Shown: positions 28,728 through 37,163 of the stretch, piece after piece
Position numbering within the stretch: the stretch's first letter is position 1
Layout: every line of letters starts with the position of its first letter
Origin: a virus
Lineage: Duplodnaviria; Caudoviricetes
IMG/VR virus record: IMGVR_UViG_3300015360_000051
Span: 1-57,181 of that record
Length of the DNA stretch: 57,181 nucleotides
Strand: one strand, 5' to 3'
The notes under the pieces: generated by a model
Told to the model about the DNA's origin: nothing
Database searches by the model: none
What the model saw: the letters and a program-made list of their open reading frames with translations, nothing else
Made by a program: the position numbers and the translations under genes

Positions 28728-29352
28728 CCTTAGCTGGCTGATTCCTGAGGAGCGCACAGCTCTACAGTATTTTATTTCCCATTTGCGCCGGGGTGGGTCT
28801 GAGACTTACCCCATTTCTGATAGCGTAGTAGAAACCCTATTCGTACTCTATCTACAAGGGCGTACAATTTCGGAAATTCGCCGACTGAGGCCAGATTTCG
28901 GGCTCGGACAGATTGTGTATGCCGCCGCTGTCAACGACTGGCAGAGCAGACGGCAGGAACATCTAGACCTCTCAGTGGAGCGAGCCAAGGTTCGAGCCTT
29001 ACTGGCCATAACTGAAGGCGTGGACATCGCTGCCGACATGATGGCCGCACTAAAAAAGATTCATACGGATAATATCTCTATGTACCTTATGTCTGGAGAC
29101 CTTCGCCACCTAAACAAGGGCACGGGTTCTCCGATGCAGGCGATTAAGCAGCTACGAGATATCACTGAGGTATTGATGAAGCTGACCGGACAGGACCAGA
29201 AAAAGAATGTCAGTGGCAGCATCGAGGTAAAGCACAGTGGATTGCCAACAATCCCCTCCAAGAAATTGGAAATAGATTCCACGGTGGAAGGGAACGTACT
29301 GGCCGATTGGGCGGCGGCTGAAAAGGCCAGGCTCAAGAAGAGCATGGAATAA
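28687..29352 (+). CDS. Probable terminase small subunit
   Basis: HTH-like YLQGRTISEI, helical body, immediately upstream of TerL. Confidence 0.55.
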   Translation: MLIKSENQSLQESDLSWLIPEERTALQYFISHLRRGGSETYPISDSVVETLFVLYLQGRTISEIRRLRPDFGLGQIVYAAAVNDWQSRRQEHLDLSVERAKVRALLAITEGVDIAADMMAALKKIHTDNISMYLMSGDLRHLNKGTGSPMQAIKQLRDITEVLMKLTGQDQKKNVSGSIEVKHSGLPTIPSKKLEIDSTVEGNVLADWAAAEKARLKKSME

Positions 29353-31326
29353 ATGGACGACGACTCCCTACCACTATCCTCCCGGGACGAAACAGAACTT
29401 AGACGTAAGTTTCTGTTTCGCATCTGCAAATCCAAGAAGGAGCTTCACGACTGGGTAGCTGTTTTCCTGGGATTGGACCTGCCAGACGGTATTGTGGACC
29501 AAAACTCTACCTCGTCCCCTATGTCCATGGTCTGGGAGATGTACTCCAAGATGCTGGAGGGCACTGACGAGAGCTTCATGCGGGTCCTGTACTATGCCAG
29601 CCGAGATTCCTTTAAGACCTTGTCCGCAGCGGTAATTGAAGTCCTAGCAATGTTGCATTGCAATCGAAACGTTGCTCATATGGCCGCCATCCAAGACCAA
29701 GCGTTAAAGGCGCAAGAGTATGTCAAGCGCTCGTTCAGGCGGCCTTACATCCGAGATTTCGTCGTCGGAAACAACGAACGGGTCACAAAGGTTTTACGAT
29801 ACTATCACCCCCATACTGAGCATTCCATTACGGGGGCCGAGTACGACGCTTTTGTTGCTGACGAGAGTGGCGAGTTCTCGACGATATCTAAGACCATCGA
29901 TGAATATATCGAGAAGGACCAATACGTTAAAATCGTCATCTGCACCCTAGCTGGTGCCAACAGTGAGCACGCCCCGCTATTCGTCATCGATGAGGTCGAT
30001 GTCGTCTCAAACCCGACAGCTTACGAGGAATCTCAAAACATTCCGGCTGGCCGTGGAAACAAGTTGCCTATTACTATGCTGACCTCGACGAGGAAACAGG
30101 CCTTCGGACTAGTCCAAAAAGAAATCGACAACGCCAACAAATCGGGCCTCAATATCCGGTCGTGGAACATCATAGACGTGACCGAACAGTGCCCTACGTC
30201 GAGGCATAAGCCGGACAAGCCTAAGATTCCTCTGTATGTTAGCTCTGAACATCTGAGACACGTTGACGTACAGACGTATCAGGCGATGAATTTCAAAGAG
30301 GCAGAAACCTACCTGCCAGTGGAGGGGTTTGCTGGTTGTAAATCGTGTAAACTGTTCCCGGCCTGCCGAGGGAGGCTCGCCACTAACCAGACATCTACCT
30401 CCCTAATGCTGAAGAGCATCCCGGAGACTATTGGCAAATTTAACGCCAATTCTACGGACATGGCCAAAGCGCAGCTTTTGTGCCTGAAGCCTTCCTCGTT
30501 TGGGTTGATTTATTCTCGGATGGATAAGACCCATCACGTCATCTCTCCGGCCCAGGCCCATCTAAAGATTTTCGGTGAACTGCCCGAAGACCCCTCTAAT
30601 TTTACAAAAGCAATGCTAATGGCCCTACTGGCCGAGACCAGGGCAGGTCAATTCATCGCAGGTATCGACTGGGGGCATTCTCATAATTTTGTTTATGTCC
30701 AGGCACTGAAAGATGGGTCCCGGTGCTTTGTGACCCATTTTGTATCGATGCCAGGATTGGACCCAGACCAGATGCTCGACGTTTGCGAACCGTATAAGAC
30801 GTTCCAAGCATCCGCCTTCCCGGACAATGCCGACCCCAAAATGGCCAAACTTTTCTCAAAAAAAGGCTACAACATCAAAAAGGCGACCAAAGGGGCGGGG
30901 TCAGTGGTGTCGGGAATCAACGTAGTGCGCTGGCTCCTAAGGCCTCCAGGGCAGGACGAGCCGAATCTGTATTTTATTCACGATATCGGCGAGGACCCCA
31001 TGATGGCGGAATCGATAAACCGCATCTGCCAATACCATTGGAAAAAAGACGCCGCCGGGCAGCCTACAGAAATACCGGCAGACGACGAAGACGACGAAGT
31101 TGACGCACTCCGTTACATGATTGTAGGGTCATTCAAATTAGCTGGAGGGTTGGCGGTGTCGAAATCCGATTTAGACAGCGACTCTCGCTACAAACCAGTA
31201 TACACGGAGGCGAATTGGATGAGTAAGGTGTTGAGGGAAAAAACGGGAAGCGATTATTCCGAGACCAACGACGAACCCCAAGGGGAAAAGAAGGGGCGAA
31301 ATAGTGGCCTGCTGTGGGATATCTAG
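29353..31326 (+). CDS. terL: Terminase large subunit
   Basis: Atypical Walker A SRDSFKT, FVIDEVD Walker B, TST coupling motif, GIDWG and DEVDALRY nuclease motifs. Confidence 0.88.
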   Translation: MDDDSLPLSSRDETELRRKFLFRICKSKKELHDWVAVFLGLDLPDGIVDQNSTSSPMSMVWEMYSKMLEGTDESFMRVLYYASRDSFKTLSAAVIEVLAMLHCNRNVAHMAAIQDQALKAQEYVKRSFRRPYIRDFVVGNNERVTKVLRYYHPHTEHSITGAEYDAFVADESGEFSTISKTIDEYIEKDQYVKIVICTLAGANSEHAPLFVIDEVDVVSNPTAYEESQNIPAGRGNKLPITMLTSTRKQAFGLVQKEIDNANKSGLNIRSWNIIDVTEQCPTSRHKPDKPKIPLYVSSEHLRHVDVQTYQAMNFKEAETYLPVEGFAGCKSCKLFPACRGRLATNQTSTSLMLKSIPETIGKFNANSTDMAKAQLLCLKPSSFGLIYSRMDKTHHVISPAQAHLKIFGELPEDPSNFTKAMLMALLAETRAGQFIAGIDWGHSHNFVYVQALKDGSRCFVTHFVSMPGLDPDQMLDVCEPYKTFQASAFPDNADPKMAKLFSKKGYNIKKATKGAGSVVSGINVVRWLLRPPGQDEPNLYFIHDIGEDPMMAESINRICQYHWKKDAAGQPTEIPADDEDDEVDALRYMIVGSFKLAGGLAVSKSDLDSDSRYKPVYTEANWMSKVLREKTGSDYSETNDEPQGEKKGRNSGLLWDI

Positions 31327-31347
31327 CCTCAATCTTTAGTTGACCAT

Positions 31348-32325
31348 ATGTCATCGCTAAACCGCTCTTGCCACGCAGTAATTTTTGAGGATTCCCTATC
31401 CGCGTCTAATTCCCCCCAACGTAGGGTAGCGGACTGGAAACGGGTGAATCAGAACATACCCGTGTCTAACCCCAAAAGCCAAATTGTGGAAGTAGCCCCC
31501 CTGGCGGAGGTTCAGCTTTTTTCGGGGACTCGGTCTCTGACTACCGATAACACTACTGAGTACGCATTGGCGCTAGTATCAAGCTCTACCTACAGAATCA
31601 GGTGGACGGGCACTGGGGCAGCTCCTGGGTTCAGGGTTGACCGAAACGTTGCCGTCACTGGAGGCAACGCCATCGTGACCCTGAACGCGAACCAGACTGT
31701 AACAGTGACTCACTCGGCCGGTGCCGTTTTTGGGGCGGTCGTAGCTGGAGACTCGGTTCGTATTCCGGGCGTTGTGACCAACGAAACAGCGGGGCCTTTC
31801 GATTCATTAAACCAGGGTAACTGGGCGGTTCTGTCCGCCACCGCGACGACTTTGGTATTATCTCGGGCTAGCGGTACCGTATTCACAGGGAGAACTGAAA
31901 CGGTGGCAATTACCAACAATAGCCAGTTCATCTCTTATTCCTCTGCTGGGGTTCAGGTAGGCGACACTATTGACATTGCGGGGGGTTTCTCCGTCCCCAC
32001 TCGTCAGGGATTTGTAGTTTCTCAAGTTACCTCGTCGATGGTCGAATTCGTTTCGACAGTCCCCCTAGCTCAAGAAACTGTCATTCCTGGAGTAGCGGCG
32101 TTTGTGGTTTATTCTTCCTCTAATAGATACCTCTATATCGAGACCAACCAGGCTTGCGCGATTAAGCTCAATGGCGCTATTGACGAAACGAACAGAGTGG
32201 ACCCCATCATTGCCGGGGACCAATCAAAGGTTGGTTTTTTTGAAAAGTGGGGGCCAACGTACTCTCTTTCCGTCAAAAATAGAAGCACGAACATCGCCAC
32301 AATCACGGTCTTCACGGCGGAATAA
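31348..32325 (+). CDS. Putative virion structural protein (beta-rich)
   Basis: Thr/Val/Gly-rich, between TerL and portal. Confidence 0.65.
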   Translation: MSSLNRSCHAVIFEDSLSASNSPQRRVADWKRVNQNIPVSNPKSQIVEVAPLAEVQLFSGTRSLTTDNTTEYALALVSSSTYRIRWTGTGAAPGFRVDRNVAVTGGNAIVTLNANQTVTVTHSAGAVFGAVVAGDSVRIPGVVTNETAGPFDSLNQGNWAVLSATATTLVLSRASGTVFTGRTETVAITNNSQFISYSSAGVQVGDTIDIAGGFSVPTRQGFVVSQVTSSMVEFVSTVPLAQETVIPGVAAFVVYSSSNRYLYIETNQACAIKLNGAIDETNRVDPIIAGDQSKVGFFEKWGPTYSLSVKNRSTNIATITVFTAE

Positions 32326-32327
32326 AA

Positions 32328-34400
32328 ATGTCTGAAGCAGAAAAAAAAACAAACAATAGAGTCATTTACGGCCTAGCGAAGGGCGAAGGTCGTTTGACTG
32401 CGACAGCCTTCGTCAGGACTCCTCTGTCGAAAAGTATCCTCAACATTTTAAATGGAGAGGAGGGCTCAGTCGAGCGACTGGCATTCGAGGTAGACCCCTC
32501 GTTACACAGTTCTCTAGCCGGAGTCTATCAGCCCAAGACTCGCGGTATCCCTGACGATATTTTGAAGCGTATTGCGGTTCAGGACTCCCTAGTCTCGAAC
32601 ATAGTGAGGGCTCGTCAGAACCATATCGGAGTATTCGGACACCCACGTCACGACCGGTTCAGCGTTGGTTTTACGCTTGAGCCTAACACTGGCATCATCG
32701 ACACAATGGATGATGGGCAAAAAAAGACCTTCAACGATGAAATCGACAAGGCAGTCCGATTAATCTACAATTGCGGGCACACTCATGGGATGGCAGACCA
32801 TGACAAATTAAATTTTTCAGAATGTTTAGTCCAGCTAGCGAGAAACGCCGTAGTTAATGGGCGTATCGCTATCGAAATAATTAAGACAGGGACTGACAAC
32901 GACAAAAAATTTCACCACTTTGCTCCAATCGACGCTGGCACAATCTACAAGGCCACTGAGAACAACGATGCGGCCCAAAGCTCACTTAGAGAAGGGGCGT
33001 ATCACACCCTCTGTCAGGTCACAGGGAAGAAGCTCATAAAAGAAAAATTTCTAGCTGATGAGTACAGGTGGATTCAGGTTATAGCAGGTCGACCCTATGC
33101 CGCATTCACCAGCGACGAGGTCAAAACATATAACTTCTACGCAGTACCGGATGTCGAGTGGAACGGATATCCCGTCACGCCTATCGATACGGTAATCACC
33201 TCGATTACGACTCATATAAATATCGTAAACCACAATCGACTTTATTTTCAGTCCGGGCGTGCAGCGAGAGGTATGCTGGTTATTACCTCAGACGACATTA
33301 ATCCGTCAGTCATCGGGAATATCAAACAGCAATTTAACGCCTCGATTAACTCCACCAATAACGCTTTCCGTATGCCTGTGTTTGGTTGTGGTACGGGCGA
33401 CCAGATTCAGTGGCAGCCAATTGACAGTGGTGGCGGCAAGGACATGGAGTTCCAATACCTGACCGACATGAACGCTAGAGAAATTCTAACTGCGTTCATG
33501 ATGTCGCCGGATGAGTTGCCGGGGTGGTCGTACCTCTCCAGAGGGACTTCCAATCAGGCACTAAGCGAGGGGAACCAGGAGTACAAACTGACTGCCGCTA
33601 GAGACGTTGGAATTCGCCCCCTCCTTCAGGGGTTCGAGGACTTTTTCAACACCAACATTATGGGCCTAATCAACTTAGAACTTTCCAAAAAGGTAAAGTT
33701 GAGGTTTGTGGGTCTTGACGCAGACAACGCAGAAAAAGAAGCCGTCCGACTCCAACAGGATATGTCGATTTGGGAGACCTACGACGGCCTGATGAAACGT
33801 GTTGAGCGAGACCCACTAGGCGCAGATTGGGGAGGTAGTCTCCCATTCAATCCGAATATTAAGGGGTATATCGACCAGTATTTTACGGTAGGTGAGATAT
33901 TGGAAAAATTTTGCGGCAGGCAAAACGCGTCCAAGGACCCTAATTTAGCATATAGACGCGACCAGTATTTTTTCCAGTGGATACAGATACAACAGGCTCA
34001 ACAGCAGCAGGCTATGGCTCAGCAACAACAGCAGGCTATGGCTCAGCAACAGGGTCAAGCTGAGCAACAGGGTGGTCAAGCTGAGCAACAGGGTGGTCAA
34101 GCTGAGCAACAGGGTGGTTCCAATAATCCCGAGCAGACCGAAAACCAAAAAAACCAAGCAGCCGAACAGTCGTCAGCTTCTGGTGGTGCAGAAGGGGCCG
34201 GGAACGCTCTAGCCCGCAGCATAGACCAGGCCCTCGATAGCTTGACAAAATCTGAAAAAGACCTCCCACCAGGTAAGCGCAGAATCCTTGCTCAGCAGAA
34301 AAAGACGGTAGAGCATTTCCTGCACGGGTGGGAAGAGGACTCTAAGCACGCCATCAAAGAAATTCTAGAAATCGCCGAACATCACGGCAAAAAAAGATAA
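32328..34400 (+). CDS. Portal protein
   Basis: IDAGTI, GYPVTPI, YFQSG..ARGML, DMEFQ, FMMSPDE, GIRPLL motifs; position after TerL. Confidence 0.9.
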   Translation: MSEAEKKTNNRVIYGLAKGEGRLTATAFVRTPLSKSILNILNGEEGSVERLAFEVDPSLHSSLAGVYQPKTRGIPDDILKRIAVQDSLVSNIVRARQNHIGVFGHPRHDRFSVGFTLEPNTGIIDTMDDGQKKTFNDEIDKAVRLIYNCGHTHGMADHDKLNFSECLVQLARNAVVNGRIAIEIIKTGTDNDKKFHHFAPIDAGTIYKATENNDAAQSSLREGAYHTLCQVTGKKLIKEKFLADEYRWIQVIAGRPYAAFTSDEVKTYNFYAVPDVEWNGYPVTPIDTVITSITTHINIVNHNRLYFQSGRAARGMLVITSDDINPSVIGNIKQQFNASINSTNNAFRMPVFGCGTGDQIQWQPIDSGGGKDMEFQYLTDMNAREILTAFMMSPDELPGWSYLSRGTSNQALSEGNQEYKLTAARDVGIRPLLQGFEDFFNTNIMGLINLELSKKVKLRFVGLDADNAEKEAVRLQQDMSIWETYDGLMKRVERDPLGADWGGSLPFNPNIKGYIDQYFTVGEILEKFCGRQNASKDPNLAYRRDQYFFQWIQIQQAQQQQAMAQQQQQAMAQQQGQAEQQGGQAEQQGGQAEQQGGSNNPEQTENQKNQAAEQSSASGGAEGAGNALARSIDQALDSLTKSEKDLPPGKRRILAQQKKTVEHFLHGWEEDSKHAIKEILEIAEHHGKKR
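33995..34117 (+). repeat. In-frame Gln-rich tandem repeats in the portal C-terminus
   Basis: AMAQQQQQ units and 21-bp units caagctgagcaacagggtggt x3. Confidence 0.85.
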
Positions 34401-35206
34401 TGAAGTTTTTCATCGGCCGGGCGGCCGTCAAGGCCATTCATTCAGCGATAGAAGCGCTTTTTGTAAGAGCTAAACAACGTCTGCTAGCGCGTAGAGGGCC
34501 TAAACAAATAAGGGTCTCGGTCAGCTCCAAGCCTGTAGGTATCCGGGTAGACCTCAGCATTCCGGGGCTGTATCATAGCTCGTCAGAAGAAGAGGGTTTC
34601 CAGGGGTCCAACCATATCGAGAACTCCCTGAGCCGAGTCGTCGAAGGTTATATGGATGCACACCAAGAATTGGCTAAGGTCCAAATGGTTAATGCGGTCC
34701 AGAACTGGCTGCACGAGGCCGAGACCAAAAAAATCAAGACGGACCTCAACACTGTCCTAGGTGGAGAACTCCACGAATTGATGGGGAAGGTCACAAGTAA
34801 CGTCACGCGCATCGTGGGCACAGAGGCAACAAGAGCCAGGAACACCGGCTCGGTGGACGCTATTAGTAGGATTTCTGCGTCAGCCAGTGAATCTGACCCT
34901 AATGTATTTTTCGTCATAGTGAGAGACGAGCACGTCTGCGAGGAATGCCTAGAAATGCACCAATTGGACGGGACACTTTCCGGTCCGCCTAAGGTTTATA
35001 AACTGTCTGAAATAGGGCACGGGTACCACAAACGAGGGCAGACGGAGCCTAAGGTAGGAGGGCTGCACCCCCATTGCCGGTGTACTCTGTGCCGTCTAGG
35101 TTCCGGATACGGATTTGACGGCGGAGGCATGGTAAAATTTATCGACGTAGGGCACGACGAATATAAAAAGCAACGAGGAGAGGGTGACGAGGGTGACGAA
35201 GGATGA
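34400..35206 (+). CDS. MuF/SPP1 gp7-like minor head protein
   Basis: TEATRA, DEHVCEEC, HPHCRC; directly after portal. Confidence 0.85.
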   Translation: MKFFIGRAAVKAIHSAIEALFVRAKQRLLARRGPKQIRVSVSSKPVGIRVDLSIPGLYHSSSEEEGFQGSNHIENSLSRVVEGYMDAHQELAKVQMVNAVQNWLHEAETKKIKTDLNTVLGGELHELMGKVTSNVTRIVGTEATRARNTGSVDAISRISASASESDPNVFFVIVRDEHVCEECLEMHQLDGTLSGPPKVYKLSEIGHGYHKRGQTEPKVGGLHPHCRCTLCRLGSGYGFDGGGMVKFIDVGHDEYKKQRGEGDEGDEG

Positions 35207-35394
35207 AGGTCAGAGTAGTCACTCTAGAGATGGTCCGGGCTGTCCATATAGTTGAGGTACCAGCCGATTTCGTAACGGACGATATAGACGACTACTCGAA
35301 TTTTATCGCAGACCAGGACTCGGAACCGGTGGCCCTAGAGGACGCGCAGATTTACGAAGTCGTCTCGGCCGAAGAGATTCGGCCCCCCAATTAG
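35203..35394 (+). CDS. Small acidic hypothetical protein
   Basis: ATGA overlap with MuF stop. Confidence 0.6.
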   Translation: MKVRVVTLEMVRAVHIVEVPADFVTDDIDDYSNFIADQDSEPVALEDAQIYEVVSAEEIRPPN

Positions 35395-35636
35395 ATACTG
35401 CTAGTATCTATGTAGATATCTGTGACGGATGGCAGCGCCGAACAGACCACGGTAAAGAGGATATGCCCTCCTAGCCCTTCGTTGAGGGCCTTACAGTCAC
35501 TTTCCGCCTCTTCACGACTCGTGTAGAGCTTGGCTGGCGGGATACCTGCCAGGTACCCAATGGGCCCTTCATAGGGCTCTAGGAGGACGGATAGCCTACG
35601 CTTGTTCACAGCGCCCTTGACAATCATGAACGTCAT
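35391..35636 (-). CDS. Hypothetical protein
   Basis: ATG 7 nt downstream of a TTGACA-16-TAGACT promoter. Confidence 0.65.
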   Translation of the reverse strand: MTFMIVKGAVNKRRLSVLLEPYEGPIGYLAGIPPAKLYTSREEAESDCKALNEGLGGHILFTVVCSALPSVTDIYIDTSSI

Positions 35637-35643
35637 TGGTTAT

Positions 35644-35719
35644 AGTCTACCTTAAATGTTTAGCCTGTCAATTCCCTAAAAATATTTGTGTTGACAAAGT
35701 CGCTCTCCAGGATTAAGAT
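35644..35719. promoter_or_regulatory. Divergent pair of sigma70-type leaderless promoters
   Basis: Minus: TTGACA-16-TAGACT-7-ATG(35636); plus: TTGACA-17-TAAGAT-6-ATG(35726). Confidence 0.7.
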
Positions 35720-35725
35720 GACGGT

Positions 35726-35899
35726 ATGGATTGCAAGTGTGGTAAGAACAAAAAGAGTACGGAACCTTGTCCTCTGTTCCCAGCGAACAAGAAAAGCTAC
35801 CTAGCAGGCGTTATCACCCTGTCGATAGTTGTGAGTATTGGCCTTGTCTGTTATCATTTAATAATGCACCTGTTTAATCGCCTTGGAGGAGGAATATGA
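35726..35899 (+). CDS. Small membrane protein (57 aa, not in ORF track)
   Basis: MDCKCGK...LAGVITLSIVVSIGLVCYHLIMHLF; ATG at predicted +1 of promoter. Confidence 0.6.
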   Translation: MDCKCGKNKKSTEPCPLFPANKKSYLAGVITLSIVVSIGLVCYHLIMHLFNRLGGGI

Positions 35900-36033
35900 T
35901 GTCAAGAAATTTTGTGGAAAAAGTGGATAATGTCGTAACAATATTGCTGGTAATCCTCATTGGCGTTCTGGCCGTCTCGACTCTAGCGCTAGTAGCATGT
36001 TTCGGTTATCACGTTTTGGTCGGCATCTCCTAA
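35896..36033 (+). CDS. Small membrane protein (45 aa, not in ORF track)
   Basis: GGAGG SD, ATGA overlap, TM segment VVTILLVILIGVLAVSTLALVACF. Confidence 0.6.
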   Translation: MMSRNFVEKVDNVVTILLVILIGVLAVSTLALVACFGYHVLVGIS

Positions 36034-36149
36034 TGTTATTGGTGGGGTTTTCGCTTTTCTGTTTTCTTGTGCTGGAGTTTTTTTTTGGAGTCAAAAAGTG
36101 GTGCCCGCGTGCGTTAGAGGCTGACCTAAAAGAGAGCAGGGCTTTAAAG

Positions 36150-37127
36150 ATGTCGTCGTTCAAGGTCAGAATCGTAAGGTTCCCAAAGTGCGGAAAACAC
36201 CCAAACGCCGACACTCTATGCATCGTCCATATCCTAGGGTACCAGGTCGTAATGAAGACCGGCCTCTTCAGAGAGGGCGACTGGTGCGTCTACGTCCCGG
36301 CCGACGCCCTAGTTCCCCTAGACCATCCGACTTTTCAGTTCCTGAAAACGCCTGATTCGTCCAAGACTCATTCAAGAATTCGTCCGCGAAAGTTGCGTGG
36401 TATTTTTTCGATTGGGTTTATTATCCCGTTGCCGCCCGGAACGGGAGTGTCGCCTCCCGAAGAGGAGGAGGTCACCAAGGCCCTAGGAATCACTCTCTGG
36501 GAGCCCACAGAGACATACGCTCTAGATGGCAGGCAGGCCAGTCCACCAGACCTTTTTTGCCCGATTTATCAAATCGAACCGCTGTGGAATTCTCCAGACG
36601 CCATTAAGGAAGGCGAAATGGTGTGGATTACCGAAAAAATCCACGGCTGTAATACCCGATTCTGTGTCGACCATTCCGGTAATTTTCATGTCGGGTCTCA
36701 TAATTGTTTTTGGTTAGACTCTGAGGCAAATGTATGGTGGAAGACTTCGAGAGCTTACCCTGAATTAGAGCAGGCTTGTCGGGAAAATCCGGGATGGACC
36801 ATCTACGGCGAAACGTACGGGGTCCAAGATTTAAAATACGGTCTGAAGAATGGGCAAACCGCCTTTGCCGCCTTTGCCGTCTTTGCCGGTTCTGCCTGGT
36901 TGAGTCCGGACGCATTGAGCGACTTTTGTCAGCGATACAAAATACCTACGGTCCCTCACCTATACACAGGACCGTTTAACCTTCAAAGCACCAAGGATTT
37001 AATCAAGCTCTCTGTCCTCTCCGACCATATGATGGAGGGGGTTGTCATTGTCTCAGAACGCGGAGCCCCTCTCAAGCTCCACGGAGAGGAGTACCTGCTG
37101 CGCAAGAACGGGACAGAAGCAAAGTAA
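36150..37127 (+). CDS. RNA ligase, Rnl2/DRB0094-type with N-terminal OB domain
   Basis: HPNADTL N-domain, TEKIHGCN motif I, IYGETYG, MEGVV, LK; longer in-frame starts at 35997 and 36033. Confidence 0.87.
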   Translation: MSSFKVRIVRFPKCGKHPNADTLCIVHILGYQVVMKTGLFREGDWCVYVPADALVPLDHPTFQFLKTPDSSKTHSRIRPRKLRGIFSIGFIIPLPPGTGVSPPEEEEVTKALGITLWEPTETYALDGRQASPPDLFCPIYQIEPLWNSPDAIKEGEMVWITEKIHGCNTRFCVDHSGNFHVGSHNCFWLDSEANVWWKTSRAYPELEQACRENPGWTIYGETYGVQDLKYGLKNGQTAFAAFAVFAGSAWLSPDALSDFCQRYKIPTVPHLYTGPFNLQSTKDLIKLSVLSDHMMEGVVIVSERGAPLKLHGEEYLLRKNGTEAK

Positions 37128-37163
37128 TCGATTGAAACTTAGGGTAACAATCTTTTCGATAGC

